Assembly (NCBI GenBank): GCA_021818685.1
Contig: JAKATP010000004.1
Location: 1 to 60,783 of the forward strand
DNA: 60,783 nucleotides
Direction: 5' to 3'
From: Bacillota bacterium
GTDB taxonomy: Bacteria; Bacillota; Sulfobacillia; Sulfobacillales; JAIMBI01
The stretch's first letter is position 1, and the number at the start of each line of letters is the position of its first letter. Both the position numbers and the translations under genes were made by a program. The notes under the pieces are model-generated. The model was not told where the DNA came from. It did no database searches and saw only the letters and a program-made list of their open reading frames with translations. This document shows positions 48,410-57,811 of this stretch, piece by piece.

Positions 48410-49819
48410 TTATCCCGCCTTCTCCTCCACCCGCCGCGCCAAGCGTCCAGAAAATACCGTGCCGGGCCGACCCTCGGCATCGAAGTCGTCGAAGACAAAA
48501 AGGCCCTCGTCACCATCGCGAGTGCGGTAGTAAAAGCGCTCCCGGTCCAGGGGCCGCAACCGGATCCGCTCCGGCTTCTCCCCAAAGGCCGCGGCGAGCG
48601 GACCGGTGGGCACAAGCGCCGCCTGCAGCTCGTCCCCTCCGCCTTCGCGGAGATGATGCACCTCGACACGCTCGGACAACCGTTCGTACACGCCGGCATA
48701 AAGAGCCAGAGGCAGTCGGGGCGCCTCACCCGTCGGACGGACCGGCCCCGGCATCTGCACGCCCGCCAGCGCCTGGAACACGTAGGCGCCGAGATCTTGC
48801 CAGAGGCGTCCGCCGCTCGGGGCGTTGGTGAGGAGCACCACGGCGAGCTCGTCGTCTGGCAGTACCTCCAAGAATGATAGCTGGCCATTGGTGCCTCCAC
48901 CGTGCCCGATCACGCGATGGCCATCCCACTCGTCGGTACGCCATCCGAGTCCCTGCTGTCCCCGGCCGCTGGGGCTAGCCGGTCTGACCACGCTCGGCGT
49001 TTGCATCAGGGCCACGGAGGACGGCGACAGCACCTGGCTTCCATCGGGCGCCCGGCCCCCGTCCAGATGCATGCGGACGAATTGCAGCACGTCCAGAGCC
49101 GTGGCCGAGGTCACGCTGCCAGCGGGCGCGGCGGAGCGGTCCATCATAATCTGTCCGACCACGCGGGCAGCCCCCGACTCATCGAAATAATGGCCCACCG
49201 CATACCGATGCCCGATCATTTCCTCAATGAGGACAGTGGTCGCACGGAGACCCAGAGGCCGCAACAGACGCTCGGCCAGCACCTCGTGATACCGCTGGCC
49301 GGTCATCACCTCCAGCAACCGCCCCGCCACCACAAAGGCGGAGTTGCAGTAGGAGAATCGTTCTCCCGGCCCGTGGATCTGGCCAAGCTGAGCCAACGAC
49401 TCCACGTAGCGTGCCAGAGAATCGTCACCAGGGCCAAACGCCTCGAAGTAGTCGCCTTCGATGCCGCTCGTGTGGTTCAAGAGCTGGCGCACCGTGATCT
49501 GGGCGGCCGCTTCCGGATCCTTCAGACGAAAGGTGGGCAGATAGGTACGCACGGAGCGATCGAGCTCGATCCGTCCCTCCTCCACCAGTTGCATGATGAG
49601 CGATGTGGTGTACACCTTCGTGTTCGAGCCGATCTGGAATAGGGTCTCGGGAGTAACGGAGACGCCTGTGCGAACGTTAGCGACGCCGGAGGAGAGCTCC
49701 ACACCGGCGTCGTGGTAGCGTATGGCCAGCGAGGCACCCGGCACTCGATGGTGCTGACGCAACGTGTGCAACGCCTGTTCGAGGGCAGGAACGTGATCCA
49801 GGAGTCGTGTACTGCTCAC
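48410..49819 (-). CDS. Serine hydrolase, beta-lactamase/AmpC-like family
   Basis: FQIGSNTK (SxxK), LLNHTSG, YCN, HGG; SD AAGGGAGG. Confidence 0.9.
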   Translation of the reverse strand: MSSTRLLDHVPALEQALHTLRQHHRVPGASLAIRYHDAGVELSSGVANVRTGVSVTPETLFQIGSNTKVYTTSLIMQLVEEGRIELDRSVRTYLPTFRLKDPEAAAQITVRQLLNHTSGIEGDYFEAFGPGDDSLARYVESLAQLGQIHGPGERFSYCNSAFVVAGRLLEVMTGQRYHEVLAERLLRPLGLRATTVLIEEMIGHRYAVGHYFDESGAARVVGQIMMDRSAAPAGSVTSATALDVLQFVRMHLDGGRAPDGSQVLSPSSVALMQTPSVVRPASPSGRGQQGLGWRTDEWDGHRVIGHGGGTNGQLSFLEVLPDDELAVVLLTNAPSGGRLWQDLGAYVFQALAGVQMPGPVRPTGEAPRLPLALYAGVYERLSERVEVHHLREGGGDELQAALVPTGPLAAAFGEKPERIRLRPLDRERFYYRTRDGDEGLFVFDDFDAEGRPGTVFSGRLARRVEEKAG

Positions 49820-49920
49820 CGACAGCCTCCCTTAGTGAATAACTGGTCCTTGATCCGTTATCGCGGCTGGTTGAGAGCCGCGCAGCCGCCCTTGTCCCGG
49901 TGCCCGAGTCCTCGACAGCA

Positions 49921-49947
49921 AACATCCCGGGCGACGCCCGGGATGTT
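49921..49947 (-). terminator. Terminator after rpsA
   Basis: AACATCCCGGGC-gac-GCCCGGGATGTT 12-bp stem right after the rpsA stop. Confidence 0.7.
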
Positions 49948-49959
49948 GATGCCTCTCGA

Positions 49960-51186
49960 TCAATGATCGTCCTCTTCCCAGTTCCCGGCGTGGTATGCCG
50001 CGAGATGCTCACCCACGGTGAACCCGTCGCCGCCCCCGGCACTGGCGGAACCGCCGCCGGCCGCCAGCTCCTCGTCAGCTTCGCGCTTGGACAGGGAAAT
50101 CCGCTTGGCTTCCGCGTCCACGTACAGGACTTTGACCTGGATCAGGTCGCCTACCTGCACGGCTTCGGCTGGAGTCGCAATACGATGGTCCGCCAACTGC
50201 GAGACGTGCACCAGGCCGTCCACACCGGGCTCCAACTCGACAAACGCACCGAAAGCTGCCAGCCGGACGACTTTGCCGGGGTAAATGTTACCCTCCAGGT
50301 ATCGTTCGGCCACGGTCTCCCATGGGTTGGGCATGACCTGTCTCAGCCCGAGCGAAATCTTCTCCTTGTCACGATCCAGGCGGAGGACCTTAACGTTAAC
50401 CGTCTGTCCCTCTTGCAGAATCTCAGACGGATGCTGGATTCGCCCCCACGACATTTCCGAGATATGAAGGAGGCCGTCCACCCCGCCGAGGTCAATAAAG
50501 GCCCCGAAGTCGGTGAGGCTCTTGACGGTACCTGGCCGGACCTGGCCCTCCTCAATCTCGTTCCAGAGGGTTTCCCGAAGGGACTTGGACTCCTCTTCGA
50601 GCACTACCTTACGCGAGAGGATGGCCCGACGCTTCGACCGGTCCAGCTCAATAACCCGCAGGCGGAGGGTCTGACCCAAAAACGGCTTCAAATCATTGAT
50701 ATACCCGCGGGCAACATGGGATGACGGAACGAAACCTCGTAGCCCCACGTCGACGACCAGCCCACCGCGAACCACTTCGGTAACTTCCGCCTCGATAACC
50801 TCATTTTGCTGCATCACGTCTTCCAGGCGCTTCCATGCCTCGACCTCGTCTGCCCTCCGCTTGGACAGCCGCAGCATGCCCTCCTCGCCTTCCCAGCCGA
50901 GGACATAGACCGATACGGTGTCGCCGAGCTTCACAACTTCTTCCGCGCTCTCGACGCGCCGATGACTGAGGTCGTGCAGGTGGATGATGCCTTCGGACTT
51001 GGCGCCCACGTCGACCAGCACGCTGTCGCCCGACACCTGCACCACCGTGCCCGTGACAACCTGACCGGGACGTACGTCCTCCACAGCGCCCATGCCCATG
51101 GATTGTTCCAGGATGTCCTGCTCACGGGGCTCGCGCTCACCGTTGTCTGAGTCGGGGTTAGGGTGCTTGTCGATTGGCTCTTCCAT
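49960..51186 (-). CDS. rpsA: 30S ribosomal protein S1 (four S1 domains)
   Basis: Repeated S1 motifs FGAFIDLGGVDGLLHISE, FGAFVELEPGVDGLVHVSQ. Confidence 0.94.
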   Translation of the reverse strand: MEEPIDKHPNPDSDNGEREPREQDILEQSMGMGAVEDVRPGQVVTGTVVQVSGDSVLVDVGAKSEGIIHLHDLSHRRVESAEEVVKLGDTVSVYVLGWEGEEGMLRLSKRRADEVEAWKRLEDVMQQNEVIEAEVTEVVRGGLVVDVGLRGFVPSSHVARGYINDLKPFLGQTLRLRVIELDRSKRRAILSRKVVLEEESKSLRETLWNEIEEGQVRPGTVKSLTDFGAFIDLGGVDGLLHISEMSWGRIQHPSEILQEGQTVNVKVLRLDRDKEKISLGLRQVMPNPWETVAERYLEGNIYPGKVVRLAAFGAFVELEPGVDGLVHVSQLADHRIATPAEAVQVGDLIQVKVLYVDAEAKRISLSKREADEELAAGGGSASAGGGDGFTVGEHLAAYHAGNWEEDDH

Positions 51187-51251
51187 CAAAGACCTCCAAA
51201 AACCGCTCATAGGGCGGAAGCGGCCCGTCTCGCGACGGTGCTTACCAGATT

Positions 51252-51863
51252 CTATACCTTCACGCCGAGCGGAGCCATACCCCTCCCGGCCCGGATTGCG
51301 TTTACCTGGGCCGCAATCTCACGCATGACCCGCTCGGAGGCTTCGTCCGCCGTCTCGTCCTGTTTTATGTAAAACGGCTCACCCATAGAGAAGGTCACGG
51401 GCTTGCGAAATCCATAAGGACCCACCACACCCACGGGAACCACCGGCACTCCGGCGGCGCGTGCCAACACCGCCACCCCACGTCGCGGCGCCTGCAATTC
51501 ACCGGTCGCACTCCGATGCCCCTCCGGGAAAATGAGGACGATCCCCCCTGCTCGCAGAATGCGCAAGGTATGCTTGAGCGCGCGCCGGTCCGCGCGCCCC
51601 CGTCTCACGGGATAGGCGTGCAAGGCGCGATACAGAGACGATAACCCCGGATACTTGAACATTTCCACTTTGGTCATAAACCAGACCGGCCGGGGCAGCA
51701 GTGTCGCCAGCACAGGAGGATCCATGGCGCGGATGTGATTGCACACGACGATCGACGGTCCCGGCGGCAGATGCTCGAACCCCGAGTAGCGCAGCCGATA
51801 GTACGAGAAGAACACCAGCCGTGCGACCCAGTACGTAAAGCAGTAAAACCCGCGCGAGCCCAT
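51252..51863 (-). CDS. plsC: 1-acyl-sn-glycerol-3-phosphate acyltransferase
   Basis: NHIRAMD (HxxxxD), FPEGHRS, PVVPVG. Confidence 0.9.
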   Translation of the reverse strand: MGSRGFYCFTYWVARLVFFSYYRLRYSGFEHLPPGPSIVVCNHIRAMDPPVLATLLPRPVWFMTKVEMFKYPGLSSLYRALHAYPVRRGRADRRALKHTLRILRAGGIVLIFPEGHRSATGELQAPRRGVAVLARAAGVPVVPVGVVGPYGFRKPVTFSMGEPFYIKQDETADEASERVMREIAAQVNAIRAGRGMAPLGVKV

Positions 51864-51864
51864 G

Positions 51865-52554
51865 TCAGGGTGTCCCCCCGCAAGCGCGTGCGGCCGCCGC
51901 CAGGATTTGCTCCACCACCGCCGCCACCGATAGGCGGGAGGTATCGATATGCAGCGCGTCGGCCGCCTCGCGCAGCGGCGCCACCTCGCGCTCCATGTCG
52001 AGACGGTCGCGTCGGCGGATATCCTCTTGCAAGCTCTCGAGGCTCATGACGAACCCCCGCGCCCTCAATTCTGCCTGGCGCCGCGCTGCCCGCACCGCCA
52101 GATCCGCCGTCAAAAACACCTTGAGCTCGGCGTCGGGGAGCACGAACGTGCCAATGTCGCGTCCGTCCATGACGACGCCTCCCTCCTGCGCCAGCTCACG
52201 TTGGCGGCGCGTCATGGCGGCCCGCACAGCGGGGTAGCCAGCGACCAGCGACACGCTGGCATGCACTTCGGGCGTGCGGATCTGCTCGGAGACCTCCTCG
52301 CCGTCGACCAGGACGCGGGTATCGGCATCGTCGGGACCTGCCGCGATAAGCGTCAGGTCCATCGTATCGAGAACACGCGCGACCGCCCGCGCATCCCTCA
52401 GATCGACGCCGGAGCGCAGCGCCTTCCAGGTGAGCGCGCGGTACATGGCGCCGGTGTCGACATAGTGATAGTGGAGCCTTTGGGCCACCGCCCGCGCGAC
52501 CGTACTCTTCCCCGCGCCCGCCGGCCCGTCTACGGCCACCCGCAGCGCCCTCAT
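51865..52554 (-). CDS. cmk: Cytidylate kinase
   Basis: DGPAGAGKST, DTGAMYR, MDGRDIGT. Confidence 0.96.
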   Translation of the reverse strand: MRALRVAVDGPAGAGKSTVARAVAQRLHYHYVDTGAMYRALTWKALRSGVDLRDARAVARVLDTMDLTLIAAGPDDADTRVLVDGEEVSEQIRTPEVHASVSLVAGYPAVRAAMTRRQRELAQEGGVVMDGRDIGTFVLPDAELKVFLTADLAVRAARRQAELRARGFVMSLESLQEDIRRRDRLDMEREVAPLREAADALHIDTSRLSVAAVVEQILAAAARACGGTP

Positions 52555-52934
52555 GTCCAAAGACTCCGGTCCCGTCCCGCCACATCCGGCCGCAGGGTCC
52601 GGGCACCTCCGCGGTAAACGTGACACACGGAATCCTGGGCGACGTCGCGGTTCCACAGCATCAAGACCCGTACGACCCGTTCCAATGCACCCGGCACCCG
52701 GACTTCCTGAAAGCACATCAACGGCACGTCCACCCAACCCAGCTGTCGGGCGGCCTCGGCCGGGAAAGCCGCGTCTAGGTCATCCGTCAGCGTGAACAGC
52801 ACGGCTGACAGGTCCTCAGACTGAATGGCGTTGCAGGACTGCATTTCCTGAAGAAGGTCCCGGGTCGTAGTCAAAATCGATTCTCGCGAATTCTTGTCCA
52901 CGGTAGCAGCCCCGCGGATCCCCCGCACCCGCAT
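52551..52934 (-). CDS. aroH: Chorismate mutase, AroH type
   Basis: RGIRGA, DLDAAFPA, VPLMCFQE, HVY..GA..LRPD. Confidence 0.93.
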   Translation of the reverse strand: MRVRGIRGAATVDKNSRESILTTTRDLLQEMQSCNAIQSEDLSAVLFTLTDDLDAAFPAEAARQLGWVDVPLMCFQEVRVPGALERVVRVLMLWNRDVAQDSVCHVYRGGARTLRPDVAGRDRSLWT

Positions 52935-53004
52935 CCCTCCGCGTCTTGGCGACAGCATAACACAGGCCCGAGGCGTCTTGACCCCGGGCCGGCGTGTTCT
53001 GCCC

Positions 53005-53163
53005 TCAATGGGGAAACGTATTGCGTTGGGCCTCTTGCTGGATGCGTGCCTGACACTTATCACAGATGTAGGTTTCGATCTGCGCGTCGCGGGCCTGTTC
53101 GTAGTCGTCTTCCCATTTGGGCACCTCGTGCGTCCCGCCGCAGACCGTACAGCGAATCGTGAT
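53005..53163 (-). CDS. Small Zn-ribbon protein (YlaI/DUF2197-like), probable ATC start
   Basis: CTVC...YICDKCQARIQQEA; SD AAAGGAG 10 nt before ATC but only 1 nt before GTG 53172. Confidence 0.7.
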   Translation of the reverse strand: MTIRCTVCGGTHEVPKWEDDYEQARDAQIETYICDKCQARIQQEAQRNTFPH

Positions 53164-53230
53164 CGGCGCCACGCTCCTTTCGGGGGCATGATGAGGGCAG
53201 CCGGCATTCAGACTGGAGGGCTTGGACAGG

Positions 53231-54256
53231 ATGCATCCGTCCCTTCCCCTACTCCGTCTACCCATGCCTCATTATACGAGTGCCGATGCATGGGCTTGCC
53301 TGCCATCGCCGGTGCGGGAGGCCGGGCGGGATTACCTGCGGGCGGAGCGGGTCACGCACCGCTTTGTGCATCCGGACGACGGCATGCTGCTCGCCCGCAT
53401 CGATGGCTGGCAGGCAGATCGCGCCCCGCGGGCCTGGCCTGACTGCGACGGTATGCGGATAGCCTGCAGCTGCGGACGACGCCAACCCTGTCCCCATATC
53501 GCGGCACTGCTGATGGCATTTGCAGAGGCGCCGGCGACGTTTTTGCCCCTGGTCCTCCGGCCGCAATCGCAGGACTTCTGGGATGCCGTTCTGGGATGGG
53601 CCAGCGGGACTGCTTTTCCGTGGGCCGCGATAGAAGCGCGGATGCGGCAGAACCGGACCGAGGGCCCTGAAGACGTTCTGAGCCGGGCGCCCGCCGGCCA
53701 GGCACTGTCCGCCCTGCGGGTATGGATCGAAACCGCACCGGCGGAGCGGATCCAAGACGCCGTGCGGGGCGCGTGGCGGGAGGTCTTGGCGCGCGCGGCC
53801 ACCCCGCCGGTGTCCCCGGCCGAGGCCGGGGGATTCCTCGATCTCCTCGCGCGTCACCCCGATTTGGACCTCGAAGCCCTCCTGCCGGCCGTGCGACCAG
53901 CAAACGCGGTCGAGCCGCTCCTGCTGGCAGCCCTGTACCGCACGGAGGCGGACTTTACGGACCGAGCGCGGCCGTCCGTGCTGCTGCGCGCCCGCACGCT
54001 GGCCCTTCTCTACGCCGACTGGCTCTATGCCCAGGGGCGCACGTCTTCCGTCCGCCGCTCGCTCCAGCCGTTTTCGGTTTTGAAACCGGCCGGGCTTCGT
54101 CTCGGGGACTGGCTCTTTACCCATGGCCAGCCAGGTGAGGCGCGGCGGCTCTGGGAAGAGACGCGGCCACGAAATGCCGCGGAAGAGCGTCAGCGCGCGG
54201 AGCGCCTCAAACTCCTGACCCGCTCTGGCGCTCCCGCAGATCCGGGGCCGGAGTGA
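53231..54256 (+). CDS. SWIM zinc-finger domain protein
   Basis: CSCGRRQPCPH SWIM motif, helical C-terminus; SD GGAGG. Confidence 0.72.
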   Translation: MHPSLPLLRLPMPHYTSADAWACLPSPVREAGRDYLRAERVTHRFVHPDDGMLLARIDGWQADRAPRAWPDCDGMRIACSCGRRQPCPHIAALLMAFAEAPATFLPLVLRPQSQDFWDAVLGWASGTAFPWAAIEARMRQNRTEGPEDVLSRAPAGQALSALRVWIETAPAERIQDAVRGAWREVLARAATPPVSPAEAGGFLDLLARHPDLDLEALLPAVRPANAVEPLLLAALYRTEADFTDRARPSVLLRARTLALLYADWLYAQGRTSSVRRSLQPFSVLKPAGLRLGDWLFTHGQPGEARRLWEETRPRNAAEERQRAERLKLLTRSGAPADPGPE

Positions 54257-55265
54257 TGCCGGGGATGCGGCCGCGCTTGGCCACGGCCACCCCCTCGACC
54301 TCTTTGACATCCATCGTCATGTCAATCGGCGACGCAGCCGCAATGTAGCTTCCTACCCCGAAACCCGTGGCGCCGGCGCCCCGAAGCTCCCGCACGCGGT
54401 CAGGATTCAGGCCGCCCGACACGAAGATGCCCACCTGCGGAAATCCCGCTTGGCGCAGACGTTCGCGCAGCTCCCGAACGAGTCCCGGGCCGACTCCCCC
54501 CCGCTCGCGCGGGGTATCGAGACGAATCGACTCCAGACGCGGCCCGAGAGCCCGTGCCACCCGGATGGCTTCCTCCGCTTCGTCCCGAAACGTGTCTACG
54601 AGGACCGTGCGGGGAACGCTGGACGGCATGAGCTCGTCGAAGACCGTGGCGACCGACACGGTGTCGCCGGCAATCAACATCAGGGCATGCGGCATCGTCC
54701 CCGCCGGTCGCAGTCCGGCCTGGCGCGCTCCGAGAATCGTGGACGCGCCCGCGGCGCCCCCGACCAGCGCGGCCCGGTCCATGACCGACGCGACCGCCGG
54801 GTGTACGTGACGCGCGCCAAAGGAGATGACAGGAGCTCCACCCGCCGCCTCCACCACTTCGCGGGTGGCCGTGGCCCAGCCGCTGGATGAGGCCAGCATG
54901 CCCAGTAACGCGGTCTCGAACAGGCCAAAAGCGCCATAGGCCCCCCGGATCCGCATCACCACCTGGTGTGGCTCCAGCGGGTGCCCTTCTGGCAGCGACC
55001 AGACGCTCACGGGCAACGGCTTCAACAGGGCCAGTGCCTCTTCTACACCGGCCAGATATCCGCCGCGGTTCGCAAAAATCTCGGCGGTGACGACGGTATC
55101 CCGCCGCCCAATCTTCTCCAGTACCTCGAGCGACCCGACGAAATAAACGTCAGCGGTGAGGCCGCGGCGAATCTCCTCCGCGCTTGCGGACCGGATTCCG
55201 CGGTCGGGGGGTGTCCAATTCTCGATGTCGGCGAGCGTCAGGCGCTCCGGTTCTTCGTGAGCCAC
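54207..55265 (-). CDS. pncB: Nicotinate phosphoribosyltransferase (short, archaeal-like type)
   Basis: ADVYF, SFGARH, GTMPH, LVDTF, IRLDTP, FVSGG, GFGVG, AKRGR. Confidence 0.88.
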   Translation of the reverse strand: MAHEEPERLTLADIENWTPPDRGIRSASAEEIRRGLTADVYFVGSLEVLEKIGRRDTVVTAEIFANRGGYLAGVEEALALLKPLPVSVWSLPEGHPLEPHQVVMRIRGAYGAFGLFETALLGMLASSSGWATATREVVEAAGGAPVISFGARHVHPAVASVMDRAALVGGAAGASTILGARQAGLRPAGTMPHALMLIAGDTVSVATVFDELMPSSVPRTVLVDTFRDEAEEAIRVARALGPRLESIRLDTPRERGGVGPGLVRELRERLRQAGFPQVGIFVSGGLNPDRVRELRGAGATGFGVGSYIAAASPIDMTMDVKEVEGVAVAKRGRIPGITPAPDLRERQSGSGV

Positions 55266-56070
55266 CGGTGGACTTCGTCTCCTTTACGGCACGTACGACA
55301 GCTGCGGATGTTCCCGTGCGCGGTTCTTCGCCGGCTGCCGGGTCTCGACCTCCCACGAGGTGATAAAGCGCCTGCACTTCGTCAGGGCGGAGGGGACGCG
55401 CGCTCCCTTCGGGAAGCTCTCCTAGGGTGAGCGAGCCATATCCCGTGCGAACGAGATCCAGCACCGGGTTGCCGACCGCCTGGAACAGGCGCCGCAGCTC
55501 GCGCTTGCGCCCTTCGCGCAGGGTCACCACGACCCGGCTCCGGTCCCGCCCGCGATCGATAACGCGTGCGCTCTCCGCACGCAGTCGGCCCTCCTCGAAG
55601 GTGAGCCCGCGGCGGATGCGGGCCAGCCGGTCTGACCCCGGAAACCCCTCAACGACCACCTCATACACCTTGGCCACGCCGTAGCTCGGATGCATGAGGC
55701 GGTGGGCGAGCCAGCCGTCATCGGTCAGCAACAAAAGTCCCCGCGATGGGGTGTCAAGACGTCCCACCGGAAAGAGCCGGCCCACCCCCGCTGGCACGAG
55801 ATCGGTAACCAGACGGTCTGCATGGCGGTCCTTGACGCTCGAGGTATAACCGGCCGGCTTGTTAATCATCCAGTAGTGCCTCTTGGGCGTCACCTTCGGA
55901 ATCAGCCGCCCGCCGACGGTTATCCGGTCGCGCGCCGGATCGGCCCGATCCCCAATGGCGGCCGTCACCCCGTTGACCTTCACCCGTCCGTCCCGGATCC
56001 ACTCTTCAGCCTGCCGACGCGAGGCCAGGCCCGCCTCGGCCAGAATACGCTGCAGACGGGCCTCACTCAT
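55150..56070 (-). CDS. rluB: rRNA pseudouridine synthase (RluB/RsuA family)
   Basis: S4 domain RLQRILAEAGLASRR, NKPAG, PVGRLD, EGRKR. Confidence 0.92.
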   Translation of the reverse strand: MSEARLQRILAEAGLASRRQAEEWIRDGRVKVNGVTAAIGDRADPARDRITVGGRLIPKVTPKRHYWMINKPAGYTSSVKDRHADRLVTDLVPAGVGRLFPVGRLDTPSRGLLLLTDDGWLAHRLMHPSYGVAKVYEVVVEGFPGSDRLARIRRGLTFEEGRLRAESARVIDRGRDRSRVVVTLREGRKRELRRLFQAVGNPVLDLVRTGYGSLTLGELPEGSARPLRPDEVQALYHLVGGRDPAAGEEPRTGTSAAVVRAVKETKSTGGSRRTGAPDARRHRELDTPRPRNPVRKRGGDSPRPHR

Positions 56071-56071
56071 C

Positions 56072-56536
56072 TCAGGCTCGGATCCGGAAGACGACTTCTA
56101 TCTCAACCGGTGCGTTGAGCGGCAAGGCACTGACGCCGACGGCCGAACGGGCATGTCGCCCCTCGTCGCCGAAGATCTCCTGGAGGATCTCGGAGGCACC
56201 ATTCACGACCTTCGGCTGATCATAGAAATCCGGCGACGACTGCACGAAGCCCACCACCTTGATGACTGCCTCCAGAGCGTCCACGCCGCCGACCGCAGCG
56301 GCAGCCACCGCCATCGCATTCAGCGCCGATTGGCGGGCCGCCCGGTAGCCATCGTCCAGGCTCACCTCCGCGCCGAGTCGCCCCGTCGTCGGAATCGCGC
56401 CGCCCTCGAAGGGCAGCTGGCCCGACGTCCATACGAGGCGCCCCTCCCGCCTGGCCGGGACATAGGCTGCCACGGCTCCCGGCGGCGGCGGCAGTTCAAT
56501 TCCCATTTCTCGCAAGCGCTCACTTGGTGCCCGCAT
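56072..56536 (-). CDS. RidA/YjgF family protein
   Basis: SGQLP, VVNGASE, HARSAVG, PVEIE. Confidence 0.9.
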   Translation of the reverse strand: MRAPSERLREMGIELPPPPGAVAAYVPARREGRLVWTSGQLPFEGGAIPTTGRLGAEVSLDDGYRAARQSALNAMAVAAAAVGGVDALEAVIKVVGFVQSSPDFYDQPKVVNGASEILQEIFGDEGRHARSAVGVSALPLNAPVEIEVVFRIRA

Positions 56537-56649
56537 CTCGCCACCTCCGCCCATCTCCGAAGTCCGCATCGAGCCTATCATGGCCGATTTCGGGCGGCAA
56601 CCGCGAAAGCTCGTCCCCCCCGCTGAATAAGGTGAAAGGGGGGCGATGT

Positions 56650-57183
56650 ATGAGCGGATTCGTAGATGCGCTGTCCATGCTGGCCATTCCGGTTCTGCTC
56701 GGTGTGATCCCCCTCTACGGGTGGCTTAGGGGCCTGAACGTGTACGAGACCTTCGTGGAAGGAGCGGAAGAAGGTTTTCGCATGGCCATCCTCATGCTGC
56801 CGTATCTCGTGGGGATATTGGTGGCGCTCAGCATTTTTGAGGGGTCGGGCGCCATGGCCGCGGTGACCAACGCGGTCGCCGCGCCCCTTCATTGGCTCGG
56901 CGTACCGGCACCCGTGGTGCCGCTGATGCTGGTGCGTCCCCTCTCCGGGGGAGCGGCGCTCGGCATGACCGCGGACATCCTGCACCGCTATGGACCGGAC
57001 TCGGTGGTGGGCCGGATCGCATCCACCCTCCAGTCCAGCACCGACACCACCTTCTATGTGGTGACCCTCTATTTTGGTAGTGTGGGCATCCGCCACATCC
57101 GTCACGCGCTATGGATTGCCCTCATTGGTGATTTAGCCGGGTTTGTGGCCGTGATCCTACTCGGGCGGATGCTCTGGGGTTAG
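56650..57183 (+). CDS. spmB: Spore maturation protein B
   Basis: VYETFVEGAEEG, RPLSG, YGPDS..GR.AS, STDTTFYV, YFGSVGI. Confidence 0.93.
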   Translation: MSGFVDALSMLAIPVLLGVIPLYGWLRGLNVYETFVEGAEEGFRMAILMLPYLVGILVALSIFEGSGAMAAVTNAVAAPLHWLGVPAPVVPLMLVRPLSGGAALGMTADILHRYGPDSVVGRIASTLQSSTDTTFYVVTLYFGSVGIRHIRHALWIALIGDLAGFVAVILLGRMLWG

Positions 57184-57771
57184 CGCGGGCGGAGACTGCC
57201 CCCGACCACGCCAGAGGCGGTCGACCCCGAGAGCTACGATCATGGCGGTGCCGGTCGCCAGAGCGGTAGGGCCCACGATGACGGTCGGGTGGGTGGAGCC
57301 CGCCGCCACCCGGAGCGCGATGACGGTGGCCGGCACGAGATTGAGGACAGCGGTGTTGGCTGCCAGAAAGGTAATCATGGCGTCGGACGCAACCGTGCGC
57401 CGGTCGTTCAGCCGCGACAGGTCCTGCATGGCTTTTAGACCGAAGGGGGTGGCGGCCGACCCCATTCCTAAAATGTTCGCCACCAGGTTCATGCTGATAT
57501 GACCGAAGGCCGGATCGTCCCGGGGCACGCTCGGAAACAGTCGTCGGAGCAGGGGGGCCAAGAGACGCGCGATGGCCGCCAAGAGGCCCGACTTCTCCGC
57601 CACCCGCGCCATGCCGAGCCATAGCGTCATGATGCCGATGAACCCAAAGGCCACCTCCACCCCCTTTTGGGCGGCGGTAATGGCCGCGCGGGTCACCTCC
57701 GCAGTGTTGTGATGAAGGCCACTCACGAGCAGGCCCCCGACGATGAGCAGCACCCAGACGGCGTTGACGAC
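57157..57771 (-). CDS. spmA: Spore maturation protein A (start uncertain: GTC 57771, GTG 57780 or TTG 57789)
   Basis: LWLGMARVAEKSGL, ANILGMGSAATPFGLKAM, ASDAMITFL, PATVIALR. Confidence 0.92.
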   Translation of the reverse strand, partial: VVNAVWVLLIVGGLLVSGLHHNTAEVTRAAITAAQKGVEVAFGFIGIMTLWLGMARVAEKSGLLAAIARLLAPLLRRLFPSVPRDDPAFGHISMNLVANILGMGSAATPFGLKAMQDLSRLNDRRTVASDAMITFLAANTAVLNLVPATVIALRVAAGSTHPTVIVGPTALATGTAMIVALGVDRLWRGRGQSPPALTPEHPPE

Positions 57772-57811
57772 GAGACTCACCTCGGCCAAGCTTATGCCGC
57801 CCGACCGGGCC

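Noticed and set aside
53258..54310. Minus-strand 350-aa ORF
   Set aside because: Shadow of the SWIM gene on the plus strand
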